Positions 1 to 9,148 of a stretch of 64,000 bases of DNA are shown one piece after another. Location of the stretch: assembly GCA_963675245.1 (NCBI GenBank), contig OY775910.1:1536001-1600000 (forward strand). Direction: 5' to 3'. Positions within the stretch are counted from its first letter, which is position 1. Every line of letters begins with the position of its first letter. The notes under the pieces were generated by a model. The model was given only the letters and a program-made list of their open reading frames with translations, ran no database searches and had not been told where the DNA came from. This stretch comes from Acholeplasmataceae bacterium. Its GTDB lineage: Bacteria; Bacillota_I; Bacilli_A; Acholeplasmatales; Acholeplasmataceae. Made by a program: the position numbers and the translations under genes.

Positions 1-1
1 C

Positions 2-1318
2 TACATTAAATTTCAATCTGATATTGATCAAAACAAATCATTTATCGCTCAACTTATTAAGATTAATGATCAAATCAAATCAGGTCTTTTACCTTTACAA
101 ACCTCATATGATTATAGAGAAAATATAAAGCTAATTAAAAATCATCAAAAAGTGATAGCTCACTTAAAAGACAATATGAAACGTTCTGATCGTTTAATCA
201 ATATTAAACACAAAGAAATTAATGCGCTAGCAAAAGAACAAACATCGGTTCAAAGAAGCATTGAGAATGAAACTAAAAAATTAACAAGAGAAAAAGAAAA
301 CGAGTCACAATTCTACTTAAGACATTTAGTGAAGCTTGATAAACACTATAAAGTATTAAGTAAGAAACTCTCCCTCTTCACACATCATTCACTCTCATTT
401 TATAGTGATTTAAAAGATTTAGTATATGTCACAAACGATGCATTGCAAAGTGCATTTAAAAAGCTTAGAACGCATCGTATGCAGTTTGAAAGACAACTCA
501 TTGTCGCTGAACAACATCTATTAAGAGATACGTTAGCCTATTTTCAAGAATGTCAACATATTGAAGATAATCACGCAGTAGTTATCGCTAATAAGACGGC
601 TAAATATATAAATGAAATCAATGATAATATCATAACATTCAACCATGATCAAGATAATGCATTAAAACTGCAAACAACGATGCTTTTAAAGCAAAACCGA
701 GCAATGTCAAGAGATGAAATACACCAAAGAGATATACTTCATTTAAACAAAGAAAAAACAACTCATGTGGATTTACATGACATTAAGCAACTAGAAGAAA
801 AATTGGATGCACATCTTGTTCATAGTGAATCAGAATTAAATGCACTCAATGAAAACCAACGTGCCATCGCACTACAATATGTTAAAGAAGCTGAACAAAA
901 ATTAGATATTCATTATAAAGAGCATCAAAAGCATATTAATTTCTTTAAATCACGTTTCGCAAATACGTCAAATGATTTGGAAAGCACAAATGCAACCTTG
1001 CTAAATAAAAATCAAGTACTGCTATCACGCTATGTCGCTCAATACGCGAAAACAGTTGAAAACATGAAAAGTAAACTTGCTCATTATAATTCACAAATTG
1101 ATCATCATCTTTTAGATATTAAAAAAGCAACGGAACTTCATCACAAGGATGCTGCACTCAAAGATAAGCGCAGATTGGATGAACTGAATAACATCAAAAA
1201 TCATTTACATCGTTTTGAACAGCAGGCAGAATCAGCACAAAAGGGTACCCTTAGCAAAGAAACACTTGCATTAAAGCGTAATCTTAACTTCAAAATTAAA
1301 GCATTAAAATTAAATTAA
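2..1318 (+). CDS. Large coiled-coil hypothetical protein, C-terminal part (5' end lies outside the window)
   Basis: Frame is open from base 2 to the TAA ending at 1318. Protein is K/E/Q/L/H-rich and helical with no recognisable catalytic motif. Confidence 0.75.
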   Translation, partial: YIKFQSDIDQNKSFIAQLIKINDQIKSGLLPLQTSYDYRENIKLIKNHQKVIAHLKDNMKRSDRLINIKHKEINALAKEQTSVQRSIENETKKLTREKENESQFYLRHLVKLDKHYKVLSKKLSLFTHHSLSFYSDLKDLVYVTNDALQSAFKKLRTHRMQFERQLIVAEQHLLRDTLAYFQECQHIEDNHAVVIANKTAKYINEINDNIITFNHDQDNALKLQTTMLLKQNRAMSRDEIHQRDILHLNKEKTTHVDLHDIKQLEEKLDAHLVHSESELNALNENQRAIALQYVKEAEQKLDIHYKEHQKHINFFKSRFANTSNDLESTNATLLNKNQVLLSRYVAQYAKTVENMKSKLAHYNSQIDHHLLDIKKATELHHKDAALKDKRRLDELNNIKNHLHRFEQQAESAQKGTLSKETLALKRNLNFKIKALKLN

Positions 1319-1345
1319 AGAAGGTTGACATACCTTCTTTTTTTA
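1317..1345 (+). terminator. Rho-independent terminator
   Basis: AAAGAAGG-ttgacata-CCTTCTTT followed by a T run directly after the stop codon. Confidence 0.85.
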
Positions 1346-1433
1346 TATAAAAATCCAACAACTTTAGTTTTTTAATTTTCTAAATAGTTAAGTTTTGGTC
1401 CATTTTTATGCGTATTTTATCAATTCTAAACAT

Positions 1434-1447
1434 TGTAAACGTTATCA
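1434..1447. promoter_or_regulatory. cre-like (CcpA/LacI-family) operator upstream of the hydrogenase operon
   Basis: TGTAAACGTTATCA fits the cre consensus TGWAANCGNTNWCA at every defined position. Confidence 0.55.
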
Positions 1448-1488
1448 AATAAATTTTTAATTTTGCCTCTTTATTTATAAAAAGTTCA

Positions 1489-1497
1489 TGTTATAAT
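1489..1497 (+). promoter_or_regulatory. Extended -10 sigma-A promoter of the hydrogenase operon
   Basis: TGtTATAAT about 40 nt upstream of ATG 1538; GAGGAG RBS at about 1524-1529. Confidence 0.6.
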
Positions 1498-1537
1498 TCA
1501 AGCAGAATATACGAATTATAATAGAGGAGAATTACAT

Positions 1538-2038
1538 ATGAATAAGTATGTCCCATTTGATGACAATCAGATGAAACTTTTTTATGCGCGCATTGATGAA
1601 AACCTAAAGTATCCAGGACCTTTGATGCCAACCTTACACGATGCACAAGAAGTTTTTGGTTACATTCCTATTTCTATCCAAAAAATTATCGCTGAAAAAT
1701 TAAATGTTAGTATTGCTACTATAAATGGTGTGGTCACCTTTTATAGTAATTTTTCGACTGAACCCAAAGGTGAACACCAAATTAATGTTTGTCTTGGAAC
1801 TGCTTGCTATGTTAAGGGTTCAAAAAATATTATGGAAACATTAGAAAATCATTTTCATGTAAAAGCTGGTGAAACCACAAAGGATGGCAAAGTAACATTA
1901 TGTGCCTCAAGATGTATCGGTGCATGTGGTCTAGCACCTGTTTTTTCAATTGATGAAAAAATAATTGGAACTGGATCAGTTGCAAAAGTTAATCAAGCCA
2001 TTAAAACATTGGAGGAAGAAACTGCTAATGAATCTTAA
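1538..2038 (+). CDS. NuoE-like [2Fe-2S] subunit of a multimeric [FeFe]-hydrogenase (HydC/HndA type)
   Basis: Motifs VVTFYS, VCLGTAC and RCIGACGLAP; first gene of the hydrogenase operon. Confidence 0.9.
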   Translation: MNKYVPFDDNQMKLFYARIDENLKYPGPLMPTLHDAQEVFGYIPISIQKIIAEKLNVSIATINGVVTFYSNFSTEPKGEHQINVCLGTACYVKGSKNIMETLENHFHVKAGETTKDGKVTLCASRCIGACGLAPVFSIDEKIIGTGSVAKVNQAIKTLEEETANES

Positions 2039-2411
2039 GGACATCATTGACAATTATAATTGTACGGTATACACACCAGATTTAATTCACGAAAAAGACA
2101 TAAAATATGGTTTCTGTGCAGATTTAATGAGTGATGCACTGATTATTATCAATAGTGTCAAGGATGACGCTATATTAGCTCATGGCATGCTCATCACTGG
2201 ACTTGTTACACAACAATCAATACGTACTGCAGAGATGTTAGATATAGATGTCGTTTTACTCGTTAGAGGAAAAATACCTTCAATAAAAGTGATTGATTTA
2301 GCTTATGAGTCTAATATTATGTTGATAGCAACATCTTATACAATGTTCAATATTAGTGGGGCTTTATATGAACAAGGTATACGCGGAATTACATATAACG
2401 AACAATGGTAA
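2028..2411 (+). CDS. DRTGG-domain protein
   Basis: Motifs ADLMSDAL, ITGL, QSIRTAEMLD and VRGK. ATG 2028 follows a GGAGG RBS; the ORF-track start at 1965 is unlikely. Confidence 0.8.
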   Translation: MNLKDIIDNYNCTVYTPDLIHEKDIKYGFCADLMSDALIIINSVKDDAILAHGMLITGLVTQQSIRTAEMLDIDVVLLVRGKIPSIKVIDLAYESNIMLIATSYTMFNISGALYEQGIRGITYNEQW

Positions 2412-2836
2412 ACGAATATCAGATCATTGCAAAAAACTATGAATTAGCTGGACGTGCTTCTTCTAGTATTAAAAAAGATCTGAAAAAACGGAATTTATCA
2501 CGTCAATTGATTAAAAGAATTTGCTCGGCATCCTATGAAGCTGAAATTAATGTCGTTATCCATTCTATTGGGGGATATGCAACATATCATTTTAACGATA
2601 CATATATAGAACTTAATTACTATGATGATGGACCAGGTATTCTAGATATCGAATTAGCTATGACAGAAGGTTGGTCTACAGCTAGCGAACAAGACCACAT
2701 GAACGGTTTTGGAGCGGGGATGGGTTTAGCAAATATTAAACGCTGTTCAGACATGATGGAATTGACCTCAACACCCGAAGGCACACATCTTAGATTACTC
2801 TTTTTCTTGGAGGATGCAGATGCCAATAATCAATGA
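2405..2836 (+). CDS. RsbT/RsbW-like Ser/Thr protein kinase (HATPase_c fold)
   Basis: N box YEAEINVVIHS, G1 box DDGPGI, GWST, G2 box GFGAGMGL. Confidence 0.85.
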   Translation: MVNEYQIIAKNYELAGRASSSIKKDLKKRNLSRQLIKRICSASYEAEINVVIHSIGGYATYHFNDTYIELNYYDDGPGILDIELAMTEGWSTASEQDHMNGFGAGMGLANIKRCSDMMELTSTPEGTHLRLLFFLEDADANNQ

Positions 2837-3158
2837 TTTACTGAAAAACGATTTGTTTAAATGTTTTACAAATACATCTACAAAGTCCAATCATTTTACA
2901 CATGTTTATACAACAGATTTGATCAGCATGGTCATTAAGCATGCCAAAAATGAACCTATTCTTATCACACAAATTTGTGCAGAGGCAACTCTTGCAGTTG
3001 CTATTATGCTTAACTTACCAGCTATTATCTTAACCGAAGATCATTTCTTCTCAGAACAGTTGATTACACGTGCAAATGATGAGCAAATTGCAGTTATTAC
3101 TACTTCTTTAACTGCATCTGATGCCATTATTGTCCTTCACGAGATGGATTTAATATGA
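2820..3158 (+). CDS. DRTGG-domain protein (second copy)
   Basis: TDLISMV...ILIT...LAVA...PAIIL pattern; GGAGG lies upstream of ATG 2820. Confidence 0.7.
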   Translation: MPIINDLLKNDLFKCFTNTSTKSNHFTHVYTTDLISMVIKHAKNEPILITQICAEATLAVAIMLNLPAIILTEDHFFSEQLITRANDEQIAVITTSLTASDAIIVLHEMDLI

Positions 3159-3826
3159 TATACCATTATGATTTACATATTCACAGTGTGTTATCACCAT
3201 GTGCAGATTGTTTAATGACACCAAATAATATTCTAAATATGGCAATGATTAAAGGATTAAATGTGATTGCCATCACTGATCACAATTCGACAAAACAGTT
3301 GAAAGTCTGTGCTGAAATTGCAAAAAGTTATGATTTATTATTTATTCCAGGTGTTGAAATTACGGTTAATGAAGGATTTGATATATTAGTTTATTTTAAA
3401 TCATTAGACGATGCATTGAAATTTGATGTCATTCTAGAAAAACATTTGCCTTGCAAAACATTTGATGATAGTTATTATGGTTCCCAAGAAATCATGGATG
3501 TTAATGATGAAGTGATCTCATATTATCCTCATCTACTGATACAACCACTTAGATTAACTATAAATGCGTTATATGAGTCATTAAAACATATTGAATATTT
3601 GATTGTTATTCCACACCTGGAAAGACAGCCTAAAAATATATTAACTTACTTTAATGAATTACCTTATCATGCGATTGAGTCTAAACGTGAAATATTGACT
3701 CGCAAGCAATTACATAACTCGGATGCTCATCAAATAATTGATATTTTAGAAAGTACACAAAAGAATGAAATTGAGCTTCCTTCATTAACGATTGATGCAT
3801 TCTTTGAATATTTCAAACATGACTAA
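3155..3826 (+). CDS. PHP-domain metal-dependent phosphoesterase
   Basis: Motifs DLHIHS, AITDHN, PGVE and NSDAH. Confidence 0.88.
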   Translation: MIYHYDLHIHSVLSPCADCLMTPNNILNMAMIKGLNVIAITDHNSTKQLKVCAEIAKSYDLLFIPGVEITVNEGFDILVYFKSLDDALKFDVILEKHLPCKTFDDSYYGSQEIMDVNDEVISYYPHLLIQPLRLTINALYESLKHIEYLIVIPHLERQPKNILTYFNELPYHAIESKREILTRKQLHNSDAHQIIDILESTQKNEIELPSLTIDAFFEYFKHD

Positions 3827-4313
3827 GTTTACTGATTATATTTTTGATATCGTGCAGAATAGTTTAGCTTCAAATGCATCCAACATAACGATTAAAATCA
3901 TCAAAAAAAAGAATTTAAAATTCATTGTAAAAGATAATGGATATGGTATGAGTAAAGATGAGCTTAAGCGGATAACATCACCATTTTATACGACGAGAAC
4001 GACACGTAAAATCGGACTAGGTTTATCACTCATTATTTTATTGACAGAGCAAACAAGTGGCTCATATGACATAAAATCTGTTAAAAATCATGGTACAAAG
4101 GTTACTTTTGAGTTTGATAATAAACACTTAGATTTTCCGCCAGAAGGCAATTATGGAACTTTGATTGCTGATATTTCTTCACATCAGCATATTAACCATT
4201 TATCATTTATCTATATACATCATCATAAACGATTTAAATGGCGTTATAAAGATCAATCACGACAATTAATTATTAAAGAAATTAATCAATATATTGATAG
4301 AGGTGGCTTATGA
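3819..4313 (+). CDS. Stand-alone HATPase_c (histidine-kinase-like ATP-binding) protein
   Basis: DIVQNS, DNGYGM, PFYTTR, GLGL and GTKV boxes; no sensor or HisKA domain. Confidence 0.85.
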   Translation: MTKFTDYIFDIVQNSLASNASNITIKIIKKKNLKFIVKDNGYGMSKDELKRITSPFYTTRTTRKIGLGLSLIILLTEQTSGSYDIKSVKNHGTKVTFEFDNKHLDFPPEGNYGTLIADISSHQHINHLSFIYIHHHKRFKWRYKDQSRQLIIKEINQYIDRGGL

Positions 4314-4681
4314 AGACTTTAGCAGAATTAAAAACAATGAGAGAAAATGCATTAAAAAAAATGACGATGCGATCCGTTAAAGAAGGATTTCGCATTCAAG
4401 TGGGTATGGGGACGTGTGGTATTGCCTCTGGTGCAAGACCAATCTTGAATTCATTTTTTGAACAAGTAGAGTTTCATGATCTTAAAAATGTCATGATTAC
4501 ACAAGTCGGTTGTATGGGTAATTGTGCACATGAACCTATGGCAGAGATTATTGATTCTTCTGGTCAATCATACATCTACTGCTCTTTAACGATTCCTATG
4601 GTTAGAGAAATTGTTGAAAAACATTTAATCAACGGTAACCCTGTTCAAAAGTATTTATTAGTTGATAGAAAGGAACTATAA
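4310..4681 (+). CDS. Thioredoxin-like [2Fe-2S] ferredoxin subunit (HydD/HndB type)
   Basis: Motifs GMGTCGIASGA and VGCMGNCAHEP. Confidence 0.88.
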   Translation: MKTLAELKTMRENALKKMTMRSVKEGFRIQVGMGTCGIASGARPILNSFFEQVEFHDLKNVMITQVGCMGNCAHEPMAEIIDSSGQSYIYCSLTIPMVREIVEKHLINGNPVQKYLLVDRKEL

Positions 4682-4685
4682 AGCG

Positions 4686-6509
4686 ATGCAAGAACGTATA
4701 CAATTACTCATTTGTGGTGGCACTGGTTGCATGAGTTCCCAATCTGAAGACATTAAGAAAACTTTTGAAACCATATTATCTGAGATGAAACTTGATAAAG
4801 AAGTAGGACTGGTTTTAACTGGATGTTTTGGCCTTTGTGAAAGAGGTCCTGTCATTGTCGTATATCCTGATGAAACCTTTTATGCAAATGTCAAAATCAG
4901 TGATGTCAAAGAAATTTGTGAAGAACATCTTTTAAAAGGAAGACCTGTTAAAAGATTATTGATTAAAAATAAAGCAGATCGTAAAATTATCGAAAAATTT
5001 ACACAACTTGATTTTTATGCAAAGCAAGAAAGAATTGCCTTACGCAATTGCGGAAAGATAAATCCATTAGATATTACTGAATATATCGCTAAAGATGGTT
5101 ATGAAGCACTCGGTCAAATATTAACGCGTAAAACACCTGAAGAAGTGATAGATACGATGATCGCTTCTGGTTTACGAGGTCGTGGAGGTGGTGGTTTTCC
5201 CACTGGTTTGAAATGGCAATTTGCTAGTCGTGCACGTGGTGATCAAAAGTATGTCATTTGTAATGCAGACGAAGGAGACCCAGGTGCTTTTATGGATCGT
5301 GCTATTTTAGAAGGTGATCCTCACTCTGTATTAGAAGCGATGGCAATATGTGGCTACGCAATCGGCTCTAATCAGGGCTATATCTATGTAAGAGCTGAGT
5401 ACCCTGTAGCTGTTAAACGATTGGAACATGCGATTAATCAAGCACGTGAATTAGGATTACTCGGAAAGAATATATTCGATTCAGGTTTTTCTTTTGATAT
5501 CTCAATTAGATTGGGTGCTGGTGCATTTGTATGTGGTGAAGAAACGGCATTAATCCGCTCGATTGAAGGTGGACGTGGTATGCCAAAATTAAAGCCTCCT
5601 TTTCCAGCTATTAAGGGATTATGGGATAAATCAACAAATGTAAACAATGTAGAAACATTAGCGAATATCCCCGTTATTTTCTTAAAAGGTCCTGAGTGGT
5701 TTAAAACGATTGGTACTGACAAATCACCTGGAACAAAAGTTTTCGCTTTAGGTGGAAAAATTACGAATACGGGTCTTGTTGAAATTCCTATGGGAACGAC
5801 ACTACATGAAGTTATTTATGATATTGGTGGTGGTATTCCAAATAAAAGAGCATTTAAAGCCGTTCAAACTGGTGGTCCTTCTGGTGGATGTATTACAGCA
5901 AAGGACTTAAATACACCCATTGAATATGAAACACTTACTAAACTTGGATCAATGATGGGTTCAGGTGGCATGATTGTCATGGATGAAGATAACTGTATGG
6001 TTGACGTCGCACGTTTTTATTTGGACTTTACAGTTGATGAATCTTGTGGTAAATGCACACCTTGTCGTGAAGGTACAAAACAAATGCTCGAAATTTTAAA
6101 TCGCATTTGTGAAGGAAACGGCACGCTTCAAGACATTGATGAATTAGAGTCATTAGGCAATATGATTAAAAAAACATCATTATGTGGTCTAGGACAAACC
6201 GCACCTAACCCTGTATTGTCGACGTTAAAACACTTCAGAGAAGAGTATATTGCTCACGTTACTGATCATTTATGTCCAGCAGGTGTTTGTGCAAATTTAA
6301 CAAATTTCGTTATCGATGATAGTTGTATAGGTTGTACAAAATGTGCCAAAAATTGTCCAGTTGATGCCATTGAAGGTTCACCAAAACAGCTTCACGTCAT
6401 TGATACTGATTTATGTATCCATTGCGGTGCATGTAAAAAAGCCTGTCCAGTAGGCGCAATCTCAAGTCAACCAATCAGCAAGGAGTACGACTATGAACAA
6501 GCAAATTAA
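4686..6509 (+). CDS. hydB: NuoF-like NADH/FMN-binding hydrogenase subunit (HydB/HndC type)
   Basis: Motifs GLRGRGGGGFP, CNADEGDPGAFMDR, GAGAFVCGEETAL and ESCGKCTPCREG; N-terminal 2Fe-2S domain and two C-terminal CxxCxxCxxxCP motifs. Confidence 0.95.
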   Translation: MQERIQLLICGGTGCMSSQSEDIKKTFETILSEMKLDKEVGLVLTGCFGLCERGPVIVVYPDETFYANVKISDVKEICEEHLLKGRPVKRLLIKNKADRKIIEKFTQLDFYAKQERIALRNCGKINPLDITEYIAKDGYEALGQILTRKTPEEVIDTMIASGLRGRGGGGFPTGLKWQFASRARGDQKYVICNADEGDPGAFMDRAILEGDPHSVLEAMAICGYAIGSNQGYIYVRAEYPVAVKRLEHAINQARELGLLGKNIFDSGFSFDISIRLGAGAFVCGEETALIRSIEGGRGMPKLKPPFPAIKGLWDKSTNVNNVETLANIPVIFLKGPEWFKTIGTDKSPGTKVFALGGKITNTGLVEIPMGTTLHEVIYDIGGGIPNKRAFKAVQTGGPSGGCITAKDLNTPIEYETLTKLGSMMGSGGMIVMDEDNCMVDVARFYLDFTVDESCGKCTPCREGTKQMLEILNRICEGNGTLQDIDELESLGNMIKKTSLCGLGQTAPNPVLSTLKHFREEYIAHVTDHLCPAGVCANLTNFVIDDSCIGCTKCAKNCPVDAIEGSPKQLHVIDTDLCIHCGACKKACPVGAISSQPISKEYDYEQAN

Positions 6510-8250
6510 TATTGAAATTAATGGTAAACCTTATATTGCTCATGAAAATGAAACAATTTTAGACGTTTCACAACGTCATAATGTCTACATCCCCAGATTA
6601 TGTTTCTTAAAAAATATTCATGAAGAAGGTAATTGTAGAATATGTTCTATTAAAGTTGAAGGACAAAATAATTTAAAACCTGCATGTCGTACTGTCGTAC
6701 AAGAAGGTATGAAAATAATCACGAGTGATCAAGATATATATGATTATGTATCCATGAATTTAGAATTACTTGCAAAAAAACACCATTTTGAGTGTTTCAA
6801 GTGTTCCAGAGAAGATAATTGTGAATTTCTTGATCTACTTAGAAGATATTCAGTCGAGAATGAATTCTCTCATTTATATGGTTTTAATCCAGAAGATTAT
6901 TACTACACTGATTCTTCTGGTGTCATGGTAATTGATAGTAGTAAGTGTATTTTGTGTGGCCGTTGTGTATCTGCATGTGAAAAGCAATCAGGTTTAGGCG
7001 TTATCAGTTTTAACGAACGGGGATCAAATACATATGTAGGTCCAGCACAATTCCATGAATTAGAAGATGCTGGTTGTATCTATTGTGGTAAATGTATTCA
7101 AGCATGTCCAACTGGCGCTTTACGTGAAAAAGATGATATTAAACATGTAGAACGCGCTTTAAGAGATCCACAAAAGAAAGTCGTCGTACAGGTAGCTCCT
7201 TCTGTTCGCGCCGCATTAGGTGAATCTTTTGGTATGCCCATTGGTACAAACGTTGAAGGTCAAATGTTTGAAGCTTTAAAACGTATGGGATTTGATGAAA
7301 TTATGGATACCAACTTTACTGCCGATTTAACGATTATGGAAGAAGGTACAGAATTCCTTAATCGTTTAAATCATAATGGTGTCCTTCCTTTATTTACATC
7401 ATGTTCTCCAGGATGGGTTAACTATCTAGAGCTTTACTATCCAGAATTTATTCCAAATGTCTCTTCATGTAAGTCACCCCAGCAAATGGCAGGTGCATTA
7501 ATCAAAACATATTATGCTAAAAAGATGAACTTAGATCCTAAAGATATCGTATCTGTCTCAATTATGCCATGTATCGCTAAAAAAGCTGAAGCGAGAAGAG
7601 AAGATATGGGTAGAGATGGTTATCAAGATGTTGACTATGTTTTAACGACACGTGAGTTCTCAAGAATGATAAAACGACATGATCTTGATTTAAAAACATT
7701 AAATTCATCAAAACCATTTGGCATGCTTGCAGAGTACACTGGTGCTGGTGCAATCTTTGGCGCGACCGGTGGTGTAATGGAAGCTGCGCTTAGAACACTC
7801 AGTGAAATAATTGAAGAAAAACCAACACCTATTGATTTTAAAGAAGTTCGTGGACATGCAGATATTAAAGAAGCTTCATACATTCTAAATGGTAAACATA
7901 TCAACGTAGCTGTTGTTCATGGTGGTGTAGCGATTAAAATGTTTTTAGAATCATTGAAAGACTCATCTAAACAATATCATTTTGTCGAATTTATGGGATG
8001 TACTGGTGGTTGTATTAATGGTGGGGGTCAACCAATTGTTCCAGCAAAAATTCAGGAAAAATATGATGTTCGTACACTAAGAGCAAAAGTCTTATATGAT
8101 ATTGATCAACAACAAACGCTAAGAAAATCACATGAAAACCCGTTTGTTAAAGCACTTTATGAAGAATTTTTAGAAAAACCTAACAGTCATAAAGCGCATG
8201 AATTACTGCATACATCTTATGCTAAACGCGAACCGTATGAAAATATTTAG
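6493..8250 (+). CDS. hydA: [FeFe]-hydrogenase catalytic subunit (group A, probably A3)
   Basis: H-cluster motifs TSCSPGW, MPCIAKKAE and EFMGCTGGCINGGGQP; N-terminal 2Fe-2S, His-ligated cluster motif (HxxxCxxC) and two 4Fe-4S motifs. Confidence 0.96.
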   Translation: MNKQINIEINGKPYIAHENETILDVSQRHNVYIPRLCFLKNIHEEGNCRICSIKVEGQNNLKPACRTVVQEGMKIITSDQDIYDYVSMNLELLAKKHHFECFKCSREDNCEFLDLLRRYSVENEFSHLYGFNPEDYYYTDSSGVMVIDSSKCILCGRCVSACEKQSGLGVISFNERGSNTYVGPAQFHELEDAGCIYCGKCIQACPTGALREKDDIKHVERALRDPQKKVVVQVAPSVRAALGESFGMPIGTNVEGQMFEALKRMGFDEIMDTNFTADLTIMEEGTEFLNRLNHNGVLPLFTSCSPGWVNYLELYYPEFIPNVSSCKSPQQMAGALIKTYYAKKMNLDPKDIVSVSIMPCIAKKAEARREDMGRDGYQDVDYVLTTREFSRMIKRHDLDLKTLNSSKPFGMLAEYTGAGAIFGATGGVMEAALRTLSEIIEEKPTPIDFKEVRGHADIKEASYILNGKHINVAVVHGGVAIKMFLESLKDSSKQYHFVEFMGCTGGCINGGGQPIVPAKIQEKYDVRTLRAKVLYDIDQQQTLRKSHENPFVKALYEEFLEKPNSHKAHELLHTSYAKREPYENI

Positions 8251-9142
8251 GAAATTTTTTCTGCTATCGCTATCCATATTGAGTATCATCGGTTTAACAG
8301 CTTGTAAGGAACAAATCACTCTTAAAGTGATTGTTCCTTATGGTAGTCCGTCATATGCAACACTTTATCTAAATGAGATGCGCGCTTATGATGTTGATAC
8401 TATTATTGGTGCTGATCCGTTAGTCGCAGCATTTGGTTCTGATCAATATGATGCGATTATTGCACCTACAAATCTAGGTGCTAAGTTTTATCAATCCTCA
8501 AAAGATTATCAACTAGCGGCATCCATTGTTTGGGGTAATTATTATTTAATTAGTGCTCAGGCGATCGATATCGAGAATTTAGATGATGAAACTATTTATA
8601 CATTTGGTCAAAATCAAACTCCTGACATTGTTTTAAAATATATAATGTCAGAATTACATATCTCACCTAATTATGTATACCTTTCTTCCAGTTTAGAAAT
8701 TAGTACTCAAGTGGTATTAGAACCAAATTATATTTATATGATTGCAGAACCTGATTTTAGTCAATTATCTGAGGAATTAGGATTTTTGTATTATATTAGT
8801 ATTCAAAATTATTATAAGGAAGTTACTGGTCAAGATATGTATCCACAAGCAAGTTTATTTGTAAAAAGTTCACTTAATGATGATGTCATCAATCAACTCA
8901 AAGCAGACTTAGAGGCATCAATCATTTCAATACATAATCATGATCAGATTGATAATACTGCACGATTATTATCATCAAATATGTCGACATTTTATTTGGA
9001 ACAATCAATTGAAAGATCCAATCTATCTTATCAATCGGCTAATGACGCTAAACCAGCCATAGAAGCATATTTTAATATCATTTTAGAAACTAATCCAGTT
9101 CTAATTGGTAATTGTTTACCGGAAAGTGATTTTTACAGGTAA
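8237..9142 (+). CDS. ABC transporter substrate-binding lipoprotein (NitT/TauT/SsuA-like)
   Basis: Signal peptide with lipobox LTAC; motifs IAPTNLGAK, GQNQTPD and YPQA; start overlaps the hydA stop. Confidence 0.75.
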   Translation: MKIFRKFFLLSLSILSIIGLTACKEQITLKVIVPYGSPSYATLYLNEMRAYDVDTIIGADPLVAAFGSDQYDAIIAPTNLGAKFYQSSKDYQLAASIVWGNYYLISAQAIDIENLDDETIYTFGQNQTPDIVLKYIMSELHISPNYVYLSSSLEISTQVVLEPNYIYMIAEPDFSQLSEELGFLYYISIQNYYKEVTGQDMYPQASLFVKSSLNDDVINQLKADLEASIISIHNHDQIDNTARLLSSNMSTFYLEQSIERSNLSYQSANDAKPAIEAYFNIILETNPVLIGNCLPESDFYR

Positions 9143-9148
9143 CAATTC

